A stretch of DNA of 64,000 nucleotides from a candidate division WOR-3 bacterium (GTDB lineage: Bacteria > Hydrothermota > UBA3072), in NCBI GenBank assembly GCA_016930175.1, contig JAFGHJ010000023.1:17053-81052 (forward strand). Direction: 5' to 3'. Shown here piece by piece: positions 1 through 9,478 of this stretch; positions within the stretch are counted from its first letter, which is position 1; each line of letters opens with the position of its first letter. Position numbers and translations under genes: made by a program. A model generated the notes under the pieces. The model was given only the letters and a program-made list of their open reading frames with translations, did not search any database and had not been told where the DNA came from.

Positions 1-363
1 TTCCGGTTTCAGTTTATTTAATTCGTCCATTACATGAAAATATAGAGCCCGCCCCTCATTTAGACTCTGAACAAGAGTTACCCACTCTTTTAGTTCTGCC
101 TGTTGTCTTTCTATATCTTCTACCATTTTTCTTTCTTTCTCAAGCTCTTTAAGCTGTTGTTGGGCATCTGCAATATCGCTATCAAGCTTTTTAAGCTTTA
201 GGTCTTTCTGAAAGTTCAGAAAAAACACCCCTGCTATAGCAGCTCCCAACAATAAAATCGAAAAAATCATATCGAATTTAGGAATGCGCAAAGATGGTTT
301 TTTAAATTTGACTTCTCTTACTTTTTTCCTTTGTTCTTCAGGCACTAGATTGATTTTTATCAT
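1..363 (-). CDS. pilN: Type IV pilus assembly protein PilN (runs off the window edge)
   Basis: Not in the ORF track. Manual translation from ATG at 363: MIKINLVPEEQRKK..., one TM segment, then a coiled coil. It has the typical PilN INL motif and lies directly downstream of pilM. Confidence 0.85.
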   Translation of the reverse strand, partial: MIKINLVPEEQRKKVREVKFKKPSLRIPKFDMIFSILLLGAAIAGVFFLNFQKDLKLKKLDSDIADAQQQLKELEKERKMVEDIERQQAELKEWVTLVQSLNEGRALYFHVMDELNKLKPE

Positions 364-365
364 GA

Positions 366-1409
366 TTATAACCCCCTAAGAGCTAAGCCTAAAGCAAGGG
401 CAAGGACCGGAGCTTCTTTTTCTATTGGTACTTTGATAAAGGGAGATTCACTGTCATATTCAAATTTAATGAAAGGATTTATGACCTCTGTGTGACCTCC
501 GAATCGCTCTTCCAAGAATTGCGGTAATCCTGATATAAGACTTCCGCCGCCGCTTATAACAATTTCGTTGAAGTTCTCAAAACCTTCTGGAAGATAAGGT
601 AATATTCTTTCTATGGCAACCCCGAGATCATCCTGGAAACTCTCCATGGCATTCTGATACGCGTATTGGTCTATATCTTCTTTTTTGCCCGACTTGATAA
701 TGTCTATAGCTCTCTCTCCGTCTATTCCAGCTTCTCTTTGTAAAGCCTGTATTAAATTATTAACCGAAGTAGAGACCGAACGCGTAAAATGGTTTACCGA
801 ACCCGAAATAAAACTCATTGTGGTAGACTGAGCGCCTACATCAAAGAGACCTACTAATTTATTTGGATTAACTGTGTAATTGAACTCAAATATATTCTGT
901 AAAGAGAAAGCTGCGATGTCTAGTATGATGGGTTCGAGACCAAGTTCTCGGAAAAGATTCATCCTTGCTTCTACAGTATCTCGCTTTGCACCTACGAGAA
1001 GAACTTCCATTGAATCTTCGCCAGCATCAGGGTTAACTATCTCAAAGTCGAGGGTAATATCCTCAATATCATAGGGTATATACTGTTCCGCTTCCCATTT
1101 GATCTGTTCTCTGGCCTCAGTCTCGTTCATTTTCGGCATCTTGATCTTCTTAACAATGATATCTCTTCCGGAGATGCAACTGACAACTTGCTTGTTGTCA
1201 ACTTCTAGAGTCTGGAGATTTTCTCTTATTGCTTCCAGAACGGTCTCTCGGTCCATCATTTCTCCGTCAACAATAGCGTGTGAGGGTAAAGCAGTAATGT
1301 TACATTTAGTCATTACCGGCTTTTTGGCACTCCCTTCAACCACTACCGTTTTAACCGAATGGCTACCTATATCCATAGATAGTATCGAACTCTTCCTGAA
1401 CATAAGCAC
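366..1409 (-). CDS. pilM: Type IV pilus assembly actin-like protein PilM
   Basis: DIGSHSVK actin-fold motif, WEAEQYIPY..LDF, DVGA and SGGGS motifs; adjacent to pilN. The start may be the second Met (1403), which follows GAGGT. Confidence 0.92.
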   Translation of the reverse strand: MLMFRKSSILSMDIGSHSVKTVVVEGSAKKPVMTKCNITALPSHAIVDGEMMDRETVLEAIRENLQTLEVDNKQVVSCISGRDIIVKKIKMPKMNETEAREQIKWEAEQYIPYDIEDITLDFEIVNPDAGEDSMEVLLVGAKRDTVEARMNLFRELGLEPIILDIAAFSLQNIFEFNYTVNPNKLVGLFDVGAQSTTMSFISGSVNHFTRSVSTSVNNLIQALQREAGIDGERAIDIIKSGKKEDIDQYAYQNAMESFQDDLGVAIERILPYLPEGFENFNEIVISGGGSLISGLPQFLEERFGGHTEVINPFIKFEYDSESPFIKVPIEKEAPVLALALGLALRGL

Positions 1410-1432
1410 CTCTCTTATTTGATCTTAAGGTA

Positions 1433-1461
1433 ATTATAAGTTCTCTTTAGTGGTTTGTCAA
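1433..1461 (-). promoter_or_regulatory. Sigma70-type promoter of pilMN
   Basis: Minus strand TTGACA-17 nt-TATAAT. Confidence 0.7.
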
Positions 1462-1513
1462 GCCCATTAAGGAATATCTTAGCTTTGCAAGTTTGCAAAA
1501 TTCTGAGTGGTTA

Positions 1514-2254
1514 TCAAAACGTTCCTTTAAAATTCCACTCGGCAGACGAATATTTCAGCAGGGATTTTGGATTTAAAGGATTTTTGTTGAAGTTTTCAAA
1601 AGAAATATTGAAAGTGCTTTCGAAAGATTGAATTATAAGGCTTTTTAGCTCTTTCAATTCGATTTCTTTACCCGTTGCCATCTTAATTGTAGCCATACCT
1701 GAATCTATGGAAAAGCCCTCGGGCGTTTTCAGCATAATTGTCCCTTGTTGAAGAACTATATCTTTATCTCTATATTGTGCACTTCCTATGACTTTTTTTC
1801 TTCCCCAGCACAAATCGGCGAGCGAAATTGAGGAAAAACACATGGTTGGATTTCTTTGTTTTTTACTCGTAGAATCTCCTCTTTTGATTGTGGTTTCGAT
1901 ACCCAGGAGTTCAAAGGCTTTTTTGAAAGCAAATGAGATTTTTCCGTAAGACTCAATTACATTCCCTCCGATAATCGGATTACCTCGGTGAAAAACCATA
2001 GAATAAGTGCAATCGGATGAGTGAATGACCGCTCTTCCTCCTGTCCTGCGTCTGACCCACTTAAAACCTCTATTTTCTAATTCTTTGAGCCAATTTCCTG
2101 CTTCCTGGTGATACCCCAGAGAAACAGAAACCGGCGAAAAGTTAAAAAATCTTAAAAAAACTGTGTTTTTGTCGTCTACACAACCCATTAAAGATTCGTC
2201 GTACGCCATATTGAAATAAGGATCTTTAAAACCAGTATCTATTAAATACCACAT
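1514..2254 (-). CDS. Lipoate-protein ligase / octanoyltransferase family (LplA/LipM-like)
   Basis: NMAYDESL, VRRRTGGRAVIH, KVIGSAQ and QQGTI motifs. Start trimmed to MWYLIDTG (ATG at 2254); the ORF track gives 2305. Confidence 0.85.
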   Translation of the reverse strand: MWYLIDTGFKDPYFNMAYDESLMGCVDDKNTVFLRFFNFSPVSVSLGYHQEAGNWLKELENRGFKWVRRRTGGRAVIHSSDCTYSMVFHRGNPIIGGNVIESYGKISFAFKKAFELLGIETTIKRGDSTSKKQRNPTMCFSSISLADLCWGRKKVIGSAQYRDKDIVLQQGTIMLKTPEGFSIDSGMATIKMATGKEIELKELKSLIIQSFESTFNISFENFNKNPLNPKSLLKYSSAEWNFKGTF

Positions 2255-2330
2255 AATTATGAATAATAATAATGGTTGTAATGTTTTTTGCAACAGTATA
2301 ATCAATCAGGATTTTAAAATCCTGGACGTA

Positions 2331-2458
2331 GCTATTAGCTTTTGGCTATTTGCTTTTAGCTTTTTAATAAAATAAATATCAAAACCATAGGCGGGAAAGC
2401 CAATGGCTAAAAGCTTAAAATATTGTAATTTTACATTTTGATATTTGATTTTTGATAT
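2331..2458. repeat. Heptamer tandem-repeat module (intergenic repeat family)
   Basis: GCTATTA-GCTTTTG-GCTATTT-GCTTTTA-GC, an inverted partner AGCCAATGGCTAAAAGCT, and TTTTGAT-ATTTGAT-TTTTGAT. Confidence 0.7.
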
Positions 2459-2594
2459 TCCGAAGAAAGTAAAACACAAGAACAGTTGACTACTCAAAGA
2501 AAAAAGAAAATTAATAGAATTCCTACAAAAATTACGGAACCTTTCGGATTTTTTTTCGTCTTTATTTATGAAGAACATAACAACCTCCTTATTA

Positions 2595-2630
2595 AAGAAT
2601 GCCCTCTCCCCTCTGAGGGCATTCTTTTAT
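2595..2630 (+). terminator. Intrinsic terminator-like hairpin
   Basis: AAGAATGCCCTC-loop-GAGGGCATTCTT followed by T residues. Confidence 0.7.
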
Positions 2631-2640
2631 AAAAACAGGG

Positions 2641-2668
2641 TTGACAAATTAAAAATTATATATATAAT
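2641..2668 (+). promoter_or_regulatory. Sigma70 promoter of the hsp20 operon
   Basis: TTGACA-16 nt-TATAAT consensus. Confidence 0.75.
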
Positions 2669-2713
2669 ATTTACTGATAATCGTGTAAAAAATCTTAAAA
2701 ACGGGGTTGTATT

Positions 2714-3163
2714 ATGGCTAAGAAAGATTTAGCGCGGGATGATCCAGTTGGGAGGATTTTTAATCTGAGAGAAGATTTTGATGATATAATTAAAGATTTC
2801 TTCGCGGGTTTTTCAAAAGTTGGCGCAGGTATAGGGGTTTACCCTCTTCTGGATATAAAAGAAAACAAAGACAAATATATTATATTTATGGAGATACCTG
2901 GTGTGGAAAAGAAGGATTTAAAAATTTCGATAAAAAAAGATAAACTTATTATTCAAGGAGAAAAGAAGGAAGAAAAGAAAAGGCAAGAAGAATCTTACCT
3001 CCGGGTTGAGCGTTCCTACGGAAATTTTATGAGATCGGTAAGCTTGCCAATGGAGGTAGATAAATCAAAAATAAACGCTAAGTACACGAAAGGTGTTTTG
3101 AGGATTACTCTACCAAAGACAGAAAAAAGAAAAACTAAAGAAGTAGAAGTTAAAATAACCTAA
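2714..3163 (+). CDS. Small heat shock protein Hsp20/alpha-crystallin
   Basis: ERSYGNFMRSVSLP and AKYTKGVLRITLPK alpha-crystallin motifs. Confidence 0.95.
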   Translation: MAKKDLARDDPVGRIFNLREDFDDIIKDFFAGFSKVGAGIGVYPLLDIKENKDKYIIFMEIPGVEKKDLKISIKKDKLIIQGEKKEEKKRQEESYLRVERSYGNFMRSVSLPMEVDKSKINAKYTKGVLRITLPKTEKRKTKEVEVKIT

Positions 3164-3246
3164 CCGGAAAAAAAAGTTAAAATTATTTAGACTCTGCTTC
3201 GAATTAAGATATAAAACACGAGTGGGGAAAGTGAAAAGGAGAGCTT

Positions 3247-4728
3247 TTGAATAAAAAACTAATTGTATATGGAGCTTCTTTTGTTGCTGTCGTTGCTATT
3301 GTAGGATTTTTTGTAGGTGTGATAACGGCTGCCAGTTTTTCACTGAATGCAAAACCGGAAAGCGAGAAAGTGGAAACATATGCTGCGGCTGGCAAGATTT
3401 CTTTTGCGCCCATAGTTGATAAAACTTCTACTGCAGTAGTTTCAATAGAAGGGGAAAGAACAGTTGTTTACAGATCGCCTTATTATGATTTTTTTGACGA
3501 TCCTTTTTTTAGGAGATTTTTTGGAGAAGTGCCAAGGAAAAATTTGGAACAGGAACAGAAATGGTTGGGTTCGGGTTTTATCGTCGAATATAAAGGGAAA
3601 GATTACATACTAACAAACAATCATGTGGTAAAAGACGCTCAACAACTAACGGTATCTTTGTCCGATGAAAGAAAGTTTAGCGGAAACGATTTGGAAGTAA
3701 TCGGAAGAGACCCTGAGACGGAAGTTGCAGTAATAAGGATAAAAAAAGGTGGAGATTTACCTGATATTACACCCGGAAGTGTTGAAGACTTAAAAGTTGG
3801 CGATTGGGTAATAGCTATTGGTAATCCATTCGGTCTCTTCGGTACGGTAACCGCCGGGGTTGTTTCCGCAAAGGGAAGATCTGAAGTATCTCTAAGCAGG
3901 AACATTTATGCGGATTTCATCCAGACAGATGCGGCTATAAATCAGGGAAACTCAGGTGGTCCTTTGATTAACTCTGAAGGAAAGGTTGTGGGGGTAAACA
4001 CTATGATTGTATCGCAGACAGGGGGGAACATAGGTATTGGTTTTGCTGTACCCATAGATATCGCGATGGATGTATTACAATCTCTTGTAGAAACAGGGAC
4101 TGTGGAGAGAGGGTATTTGGGTATTGTTCCTGAAAATTTAAGTCAAGAAATCAAAAAAGCTTTAAACTATCCTTATGAGAAAGGCGTTTACGTTATGCGG
4201 GTTGAGGAAGAAACGCCGGCAGCTGAAGCGGGTCTTGCTGAAGGTGATATAATTTTAACGATAGATAATAAAAAAATAGAGGATGTAAACATTTTAAGAA
4301 AGCTGATAGCTTCCAAAAGTCCGAATGCTAAAGTAGAAGTGACAGTTTGGAGGAACGGAGGGGAGAAAACCCTAACAGTTAAAATGGGGAAGAGGCCGGC
4401 CGGGGAGGTTTCCAGTAGGCCGATGGGTGGAGAAGAGTGGTTGGGTATGCTGATGTTGCCTGCTACTTCAAAAGAAGCGGAAAGCATCTGGGGAGATAAA
4501 GCTGAGAATGGAGTGTTTGTAAGTGAGGTAAAGGAAGGTAGTCTGGCAGATAAAGCTGGGGTTATAGAGAAATCCTTAATAACTTTGGTTCAAGCTAAAA
4601 ATAGATCTATGAAAATAAATGATATAGAAGATATAAAAATAGCTAAAAAAGATTTCAATCCACCATTGGTGTTGCTTTTGAACTTGCCAGACGGCTCAAT
4701 AAGAGTTATAAGCATAGGGGAGAGTTAA
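3247..4728 (+). CDS. htrA: Do/DegQ/HtrA periplasmic serine protease with PDZ domains
   Basis: GSGFI, LTNNHVV and TDAAINQGNSGGPL trypsin-like motifs; two PDZ-like C-terminal domains; N-terminal TM/signal. Confidence 0.95.
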   Translation: MNKKLIVYGASFVAVVAIVGFFVGVITAASFSLNAKPESEKVETYAAAGKISFAPIVDKTSTAVVSIEGERTVVYRSPYYDFFDDPFFRRFFGEVPRKNLEQEQKWLGSGFIVEYKGKDYILTNNHVVKDAQQLTVSLSDERKFSGNDLEVIGRDPETEVAVIRIKKGGDLPDITPGSVEDLKVGDWVIAIGNPFGLFGTVTAGVVSAKGRSEVSLSRNIYADFIQTDAAINQGNSGGPLINSEGKVVGVNTMIVSQTGGNIGIGFAVPIDIAMDVLQSLVETGTVERGYLGIVPENLSQEIKKALNYPYEKGVYVMRVEEETPAAEAGLAEGDIILTIDNKKIEDVNILRKLIASKSPNAKVEVTVWRNGGEKTLTVKMGKRPAGEVSSRPMGGEEWLGMLMLPATSKEAESIWGDKAENGVFVSEVKEGSLADKAGVIEKSLITLVQAKNRSMKINDIEDIKIAKKDFNPPLVLLLNLPDGSIRVISIGES

Positions 4729-4731
4729 AAA

Positions 4732-5556
4732 ATAAAAAAGGTTAGAGGTTCTCTACCTGTTTATTTACAGGAGATTCAAAAATATGATCTCCTTACCCCA
4801 GAAGAGGAAAAGGAATTGGGGAGAAGGGCTCGTTTGGGAGATCAAAATGCGAAAAGGAAATTAGTGGAATCTAATCTCCGCTTTGTGGTTTCTGTAGCGA
4901 AGGCCTACAGGAATATGGGAACACCTTTTACAGATCTCATTAACGAAGGTAATGTAGGTTTGATTAAAGCTGCAGAGCGTTTTGATGAACGCAGAGGGGT
5001 CAGATTCCTGTCTTATGCCGTTTGGTGGGTTAAACAGGCTATAATGAAAGCTGTAACTGAACATATAAAATCTTACCGTCTTCCCATGAGCAGGGCGGGG
5101 AAAATGCTGAAAGTCAAGAAAACAAAAGAAAGGGTGACCAGAGAAATAGGCAGGGAGCCTTCTATAGAAGAAATTGCAGAGGAGTTGGATACAGATGTTG
5201 AAAAGATAGAAGAGTCAATCAAAGTAGCAAAACACGATATCTCCCTCGATGATACAATAAAAAATACAGATGACTTAGAATACCTCGATGTAATCTCTGA
5301 AGATGTTGTAACACCAGAAGAAGAGTACTATAGAAATAAATTTATAGAAGACATAAGATACAGTCTTGATAGACTCAAGCCAAGGGATCGAAAAATTATA
5401 ATTTACTACTTTGGGATGGAAGGGAAAAGGCCTCACACTTTAGAAGAAATTGGAAGAATTCTTGGTGTTTCCAGGGAAAGAGTAAGACAACTTAGAAATC
5501 GTGCATTAAAACAACTAAGGGAAAACACTCCTATAGATGAAGCATTCATTCCTTAA
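4732..5556 (+). CDS. RNA polymerase sigma-70 family factor (RpoD/RpoS-like, no region 1.1)
   Basis: LVESNLRFVVSVAK, DLINEGNVGL and TLEEIGRILGVSRERVRQ motifs. Region 1.2 (YLQEIQKYDLLTPEEEKEL) lies upstream of the TTG at 4816, so the start is placed tentatively at ATA 4732. Confidence 0.88.
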   Translation: MKKVRGSLPVYLQEIQKYDLLTPEEEKELGRRARLGDQNAKRKLVESNLRFVVSVAKAYRNMGTPFTDLINEGNVGLIKAAERFDERRGVRFLSYAVWWVKQAIMKAVTEHIKSYRLPMSRAGKMLKVKKTKERVTREIGREPSIEEIAEELDTDVEKIEESIKVAKHDISLDDTIKNTDDLEYLDVISEDVVTPEEEYYRNKFIEDIRYSLDRLKPRDRKIIIYYFGMEGKRPHTLEEIGRILGVSRERVRQLRNRALKQLRENTPIDEAFIP

Positions 5557-6346
5557 GATTGTATTAATTCCGCATGATAAGGGTCAAAACAAATGGTTAA
5601 AAATACCTTTTTTTGTTATAATACTTATTGTTTTAATACTTATTCTCAGCGGATTTTATTTCTTTAACAATCTCCAAAATTTCGTTAACGTGTCTTCTCT
5701 TGCTTTCCTGGAAACAGACAATCAAAAGCTCAAAGAAAAAGTTTCCGAGCTCAGGAAAAGAGCAGCTGAATTTGAAGGGAAAATTGATTCTTTACTTCAA
5801 GAGCAGTATATAGCCTTTAGGGAACACAATATTTTGGAAGACGTTCCTCAAAGTACTTTTGATTTTTCTCCGGAGAGCCTCATGGTGATGTCCATGTGGG
5901 TCGATTCGGTTTTTGAAGCCACTTCTAAACTTGATTATTCTACTTTAAGCTCTATGCCTTCTATAATGCCAGTAAAAGGGCATATAATAAGGAGGTTCGG
6001 AAATCAAATAGATCCTTATACGGGCAAGAAAAAGCCCCATAAAGGAATTAGCATTTTATCATCCTTAAATACTCCGGTAGTTTCAACCGGAGATGGTATT
6101 GTAAGACAGGTAGGTAACGACAAAGGTAAGGGACTTTTTGTTGAAATTGCACATTCATGCGGGCTTGTGAGCTCCTATTCTCATTTGCTAAACGCTGCTG
6201 TTAGAGAAGGAGAGAAAGTGAAAAGAGGTTCTGTAATAGGCTATGTCGGTCAGTCCGGAAGAGCTCCTTATCCATATCTTTATTATGAAATAAAGAAAGA
6301 TAATATCAATTTGGACCCGGAGAATTTAATTTTTGGAGGATTTTAA
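5537..6346 (+). CDS. M23/LytM-domain protein with degenerate active site
   Basis: N-terminal TM, coiled coil and LytM fold. HKGISI replaces HxxxD and PYLYYEI replaces PHLHxE. Confidence 0.85.
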   Translation: MKHSFLKIVLIPHDKGQNKWLKIPFFVIILIVLILILSGFYFFNNLQNFVNVSSLAFLETDNQKLKEKVSELRKRAAEFEGKIDSLLQEQYIAFREHNILEDVPQSTFDFSPESLMVMSMWVDSVFEATSKLDYSTLSSMPSIMPVKGHIIRRFGNQIDPYTGKKKPHKGISILSSLNTPVVSTGDGIVRQVGNDKGKGLFVEIAHSCGLVSSYSHLLNAAVREGEKVKRGSVIGYVGQSGRAPYPYLYYEIKKDNINLDPENLIFGGF

Positions 6347-7636
6347 TTGGGAATTATTACTGAACTAAAAAAGGGTAGAATTCCTTCTTTGGTTCAGAAA
6401 ATCGCAAGAGCAGAAAAAATACAACTCGATGTTCTAATCAAAGGAATACTCGAGAGAAGGATTGTAATAACCAGGAACAAAAAAAGAAAAAAAGTAAAGC
6501 CGACTGGAATTGGTTACCCTCTTACAACAAAAATTAATGCAAATGTTGGTACTTCGACCGATAAATCAGATATAACGTTTGAGGTTAAAAAAGCTATTTT
6601 AGCTGAAAAAGCAGGCGCGGACACCATTATGGATCTTTCTACCGGCGGAGATATCAGAAAAATCAGACAAGAAATTCTAAAGAAAACAACTATTCCTCTT
6701 GGAACCGTACCCATATATCAGGCTGCGATAGAAGCTGTTCAAAAGAAAGGTGGTATAGTCCACATGACAGAGAAACAAATCTTCGAAGTGATAGAAGAAC
6801 AGGCGGAAGATGGAGTGGATTTTATGACCCTTCACTGCGGCGTAACGCTGGAAACTTTCAAATGTCTTCAAAGCGAAGGCAGAGTAATGGACGTGGTTTC
6901 TAGAGGAGGAACCTTACTCTTAACCTGGATGCTTTATAATAAGAAAGAGAATCCTTTATATACCAACTTCGATAAAATACTCGATATCGCTTCCGATTAT
7001 GATATAACTCTGTCGTTAGGAGATGGTTTTCGCCCGGGAGCGATTGAGGATTCATCTGATAGAGCTCAATTCCATGAGTTGAGTATTCTCGGAGAATTAA
7101 CAAAGAGAGCTTGGATGCGAGATGTTCAGGTAATAATAGAAGGTCCGGGTCACATTCCGTTAAACGAAATCGAGATGAATGTAAAAATGGAAAAGAAAAT
7201 CTGTCATGGAGCACCTTTTTATGTTTTGGGTCCTCTGGTAACGGATATTGCCCCGGGTTACGATCATATTGTATCGGCAATCGGCGGAGCTGTGGCAGCA
7301 TATTACGGGGCAGACTTTCTCTGTTACGTTACTCCCTCTGAGCATCTTGGAATACCTGACCTTGAAGATGTCGAGAAAGGAGTCATCGCATCTAGAATAG
7401 CTGCTCACGCAGGTGATATAGCAAAAGGTATTCCCGGTGCAAAAGAATGGGACAAAGAAATCTCAATTGCAAGGAAAAAGATGGACTGGGAAAGGCAGTT
7501 TGAACTTGTAATAGATGCCGAAAAAGCTAAAAGCACTAGGAATAAAATGACGCCCAAAATCAAAGAAGTCTGTTCGATGTGCGGAGAATTCTGCGCTATA
7601 AAGCTTCTAACTGATGCTCTGAAAAAAAACAAATAA
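6347..7636 (+). CDS. thiC: Phosphomethylpyrimidine synthase ThiC (ThiC/Bza family)
   Basis: TKINANVGTS, GADTIMDLSTGG, GTVPIYQA, EGPGHIP, PGYDHI and C-terminal CSMCGEFCA motifs. Confidence 0.88.
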   Translation: MGIITELKKGRIPSLVQKIARAEKIQLDVLIKGILERRIVITRNKKRKKVKPTGIGYPLTTKINANVGTSTDKSDITFEVKKAILAEKAGADTIMDLSTGGDIRKIRQEILKKTTIPLGTVPIYQAAIEAVQKKGGIVHMTEKQIFEVIEEQAEDGVDFMTLHCGVTLETFKCLQSEGRVMDVVSRGGTLLLTWMLYNKKENPLYTNFDKILDIASDYDITLSLGDGFRPGAIEDSSDRAQFHELSILGELTKRAWMRDVQVIIEGPGHIPLNEIEMNVKMEKKICHGAPFYVLGPLVTDIAPGYDHIVSAIGGAVAAYYGADFLCYVTPSEHLGIPDLEDVEKGVIASRIAAHAGDIAKGIPGAKEWDKEISIARKKMDWERQFELVIDAEKAKSTRNKMTPKIKEVCSMCGEFCAIKLLTDALKKNK

Positions 7637-7666
7637 AGTGAGAAGATTAGAAATAGAATAATTACG

Positions 7667-9469
7667 ATGTATAAACGCATCATACTTTTAATTCTCTTTT
7701 CGGTAACATCTATTTGGGCACAACAGAGCCAACTTTATATAATGGAGCCTTTAATAGTCACAGCAAGCAAAATACCCACAACTTTATTGGGAACAAATAG
7801 AGATGTTATTGTAATTGAGAAGGGAGAAATAGAAAGCAGCCCCGCAAGTGGAATTGCGGACCTGTTAAAATATATTTCGGGAGTCGAAATAAGCGAGAGA
7901 GGCCCCCAAGGTATCCAATCTGATGTTTCCGTCGGAGGAGGAACGTTCGAACAAAGTCTTATTTTAATAGACGGGATAAAAATGAACGATCCTCAAACGG
8001 CACACCATAATCTGAATATTCCAGTTCAATTAGAAGATATAGAGCGAATAGAAATATTAAAGGGTCCGGGAGTAAGGCTATACGGAGCGGGAGCCTTCAC
8101 CGGGGTTATAAATATAATAACGAAAAAAGGAGAAACAAAGAATCTGGAAATAAAAGCAATGGGAGGAGACTATAAACTGCTTGAAGGAAATCTTTCTCTT
8201 TCCCAACCTTTAGGTGTCTTCAACAATTATTTTTCGGTTTCAGGAAAAAGATCAGATGGATACCGTTACAATACTGATTTCAATCTATGGAATGTATTCT
8301 TTAAATCAAGCATTGATTACGGAAAACTCAACGGAGATATTTCTCTCGGCTATAACGATAAAGAGTTTGGGGCTAACTGCTTCTATTCAGATAACAATCC
8401 TAATGAGCGGGAACATACGAAAACTGCTTTTGCAAAAGGTTCTATAGATTTTGAAAAAAACAATATAAGCGTTTACTGGAGACGTCATAAGGATAATGAT
8501 ATTTTAGATTTTGAAGATCCGAGTTATTATACAGGTGATCATACGACACATACATACGGGTTGGCACTGAAATCGACAATTTATTCCAGAGCAGGTATTA
8601 CAACCGCAGGTTTAGAAGGGGAAGGAGAAAAAATAAGGAGTACAAGTATCGGTAGCTATTCCCGCACGAAATCACTATTCTTTTTCGAGCATAAACTTCC
8701 GACAATGAAAAACATCACAATTATTTTTGGTTCATCGCTCTTTTATTATTCCGACTGGGATTGGTATTTTTATCCGGGAGTAGATATCGGTTTCAGATTT
8801 AACTCCCAAACCCATTTATACGCATCTATAGAGAGAGCTTTTCGCGTTCCCTCATACACGGAATTATACCTGGATAGTCCTGCAAATATAGGGAATCCGG
8901 ATCTTACACCCGAGAGGGCATCGTCTTTCGAAACAGGTATTAAGATGATAAGAGGCAGTATATTAACAAATATCAATGCATTTTTAAGGAAAGAAAAAAA
9001 TATAATCGATTGGGTCAGGGAAACTTCATCCGAACCATGGAGAGCAGAAAATGCAGGAGATGTTACCGTAAAAGGGTTAGATGTAAATATTAATTACAAA
9101 CCCATTGTTCGCATGTACAAAAAATTTCCAGTACCATCTGTTGACCTTGGATATACTTTTCTAAACTTGCAGAGAGAAGAAAGCTCTCTTCAATCTAAAT
9201 ATCTTCTTAAGCAACCGGAGCATAAATTCACATTAAGCGCAGATTATGAGTTAAGCAGCAGTTTGAAACAAATCTGGAAAGCCCGCTATGAAATATTGCC
9301 CGATTCCGAGAGGCGTCTCATCCTGGATACGAAAATCTCCCTGGAAATCAAAAATTCCGAATTTTTTATAGATATAACCAATCTTTTAAATACGGAATAT
9401 ACTCAGGCACAATGGATTCCGATGCCCGGCAGATGGGCGAAAGCAGGCATCCGGGTTGAGATTTATTAA
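7667..9469 (+). CDS. TonB-dependent outer membrane receptor (BtuB-like size)
   Basis: Signal peptide, TonB-box-like LIVTAS, plug LILIDG..IERIEILKGP..YGAGAFTGVINIITK, terminal aromatic residue. Confidence 0.9.
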   Translation: MYKRIILLILFSVTSIWAQQSQLYIMEPLIVTASKIPTTLLGTNRDVIVIEKGEIESSPASGIADLLKYISGVEISERGPQGIQSDVSVGGGTFEQSLILIDGIKMNDPQTAHHNLNIPVQLEDIERIEILKGPGVRLYGAGAFTGVINIITKKGETKNLEIKAMGGDYKLLEGNLSLSQPLGVFNNYFSVSGKRSDGYRYNTDFNLWNVFFKSSIDYGKLNGDISLGYNDKEFGANCFYSDNNPNEREHTKTAFAKGSIDFEKNNISVYWRRHKDNDILDFEDPSYYTGDHTTHTYGLALKSTIYSRAGITTAGLEGEGEKIRSTSIGSYSRTKSLFFFEHKLPTMKNITIIFGSSLFYYSDWDWYFYPGVDIGFRFNSQTHLYASIERAFRVPSYTELYLDSPANIGNPDLTPERASSFETGIKMIRGSILTNINAFLRKEKNIIDWVRETSSEPWRAENAGDVTVKGLDVNINYKPIVRMYKKFPVPSVDLGYTFLNLQREESSLQSKYLLKQPEHKFTLSADYELSSSLKQIWKARYEILPDSERRLILDTKISLEIKNSEFFIDITNLLNTEYTQAQWIPMPGRWAKAGIRVEIY

Positions 9470-9478
9470 AAAATATTT

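Noticed and set aside
2630-2713. CIRCE operator upstream of hsp20
   Set aside because: No TTAGCACTC-N9-GAGTGCTAA is present.
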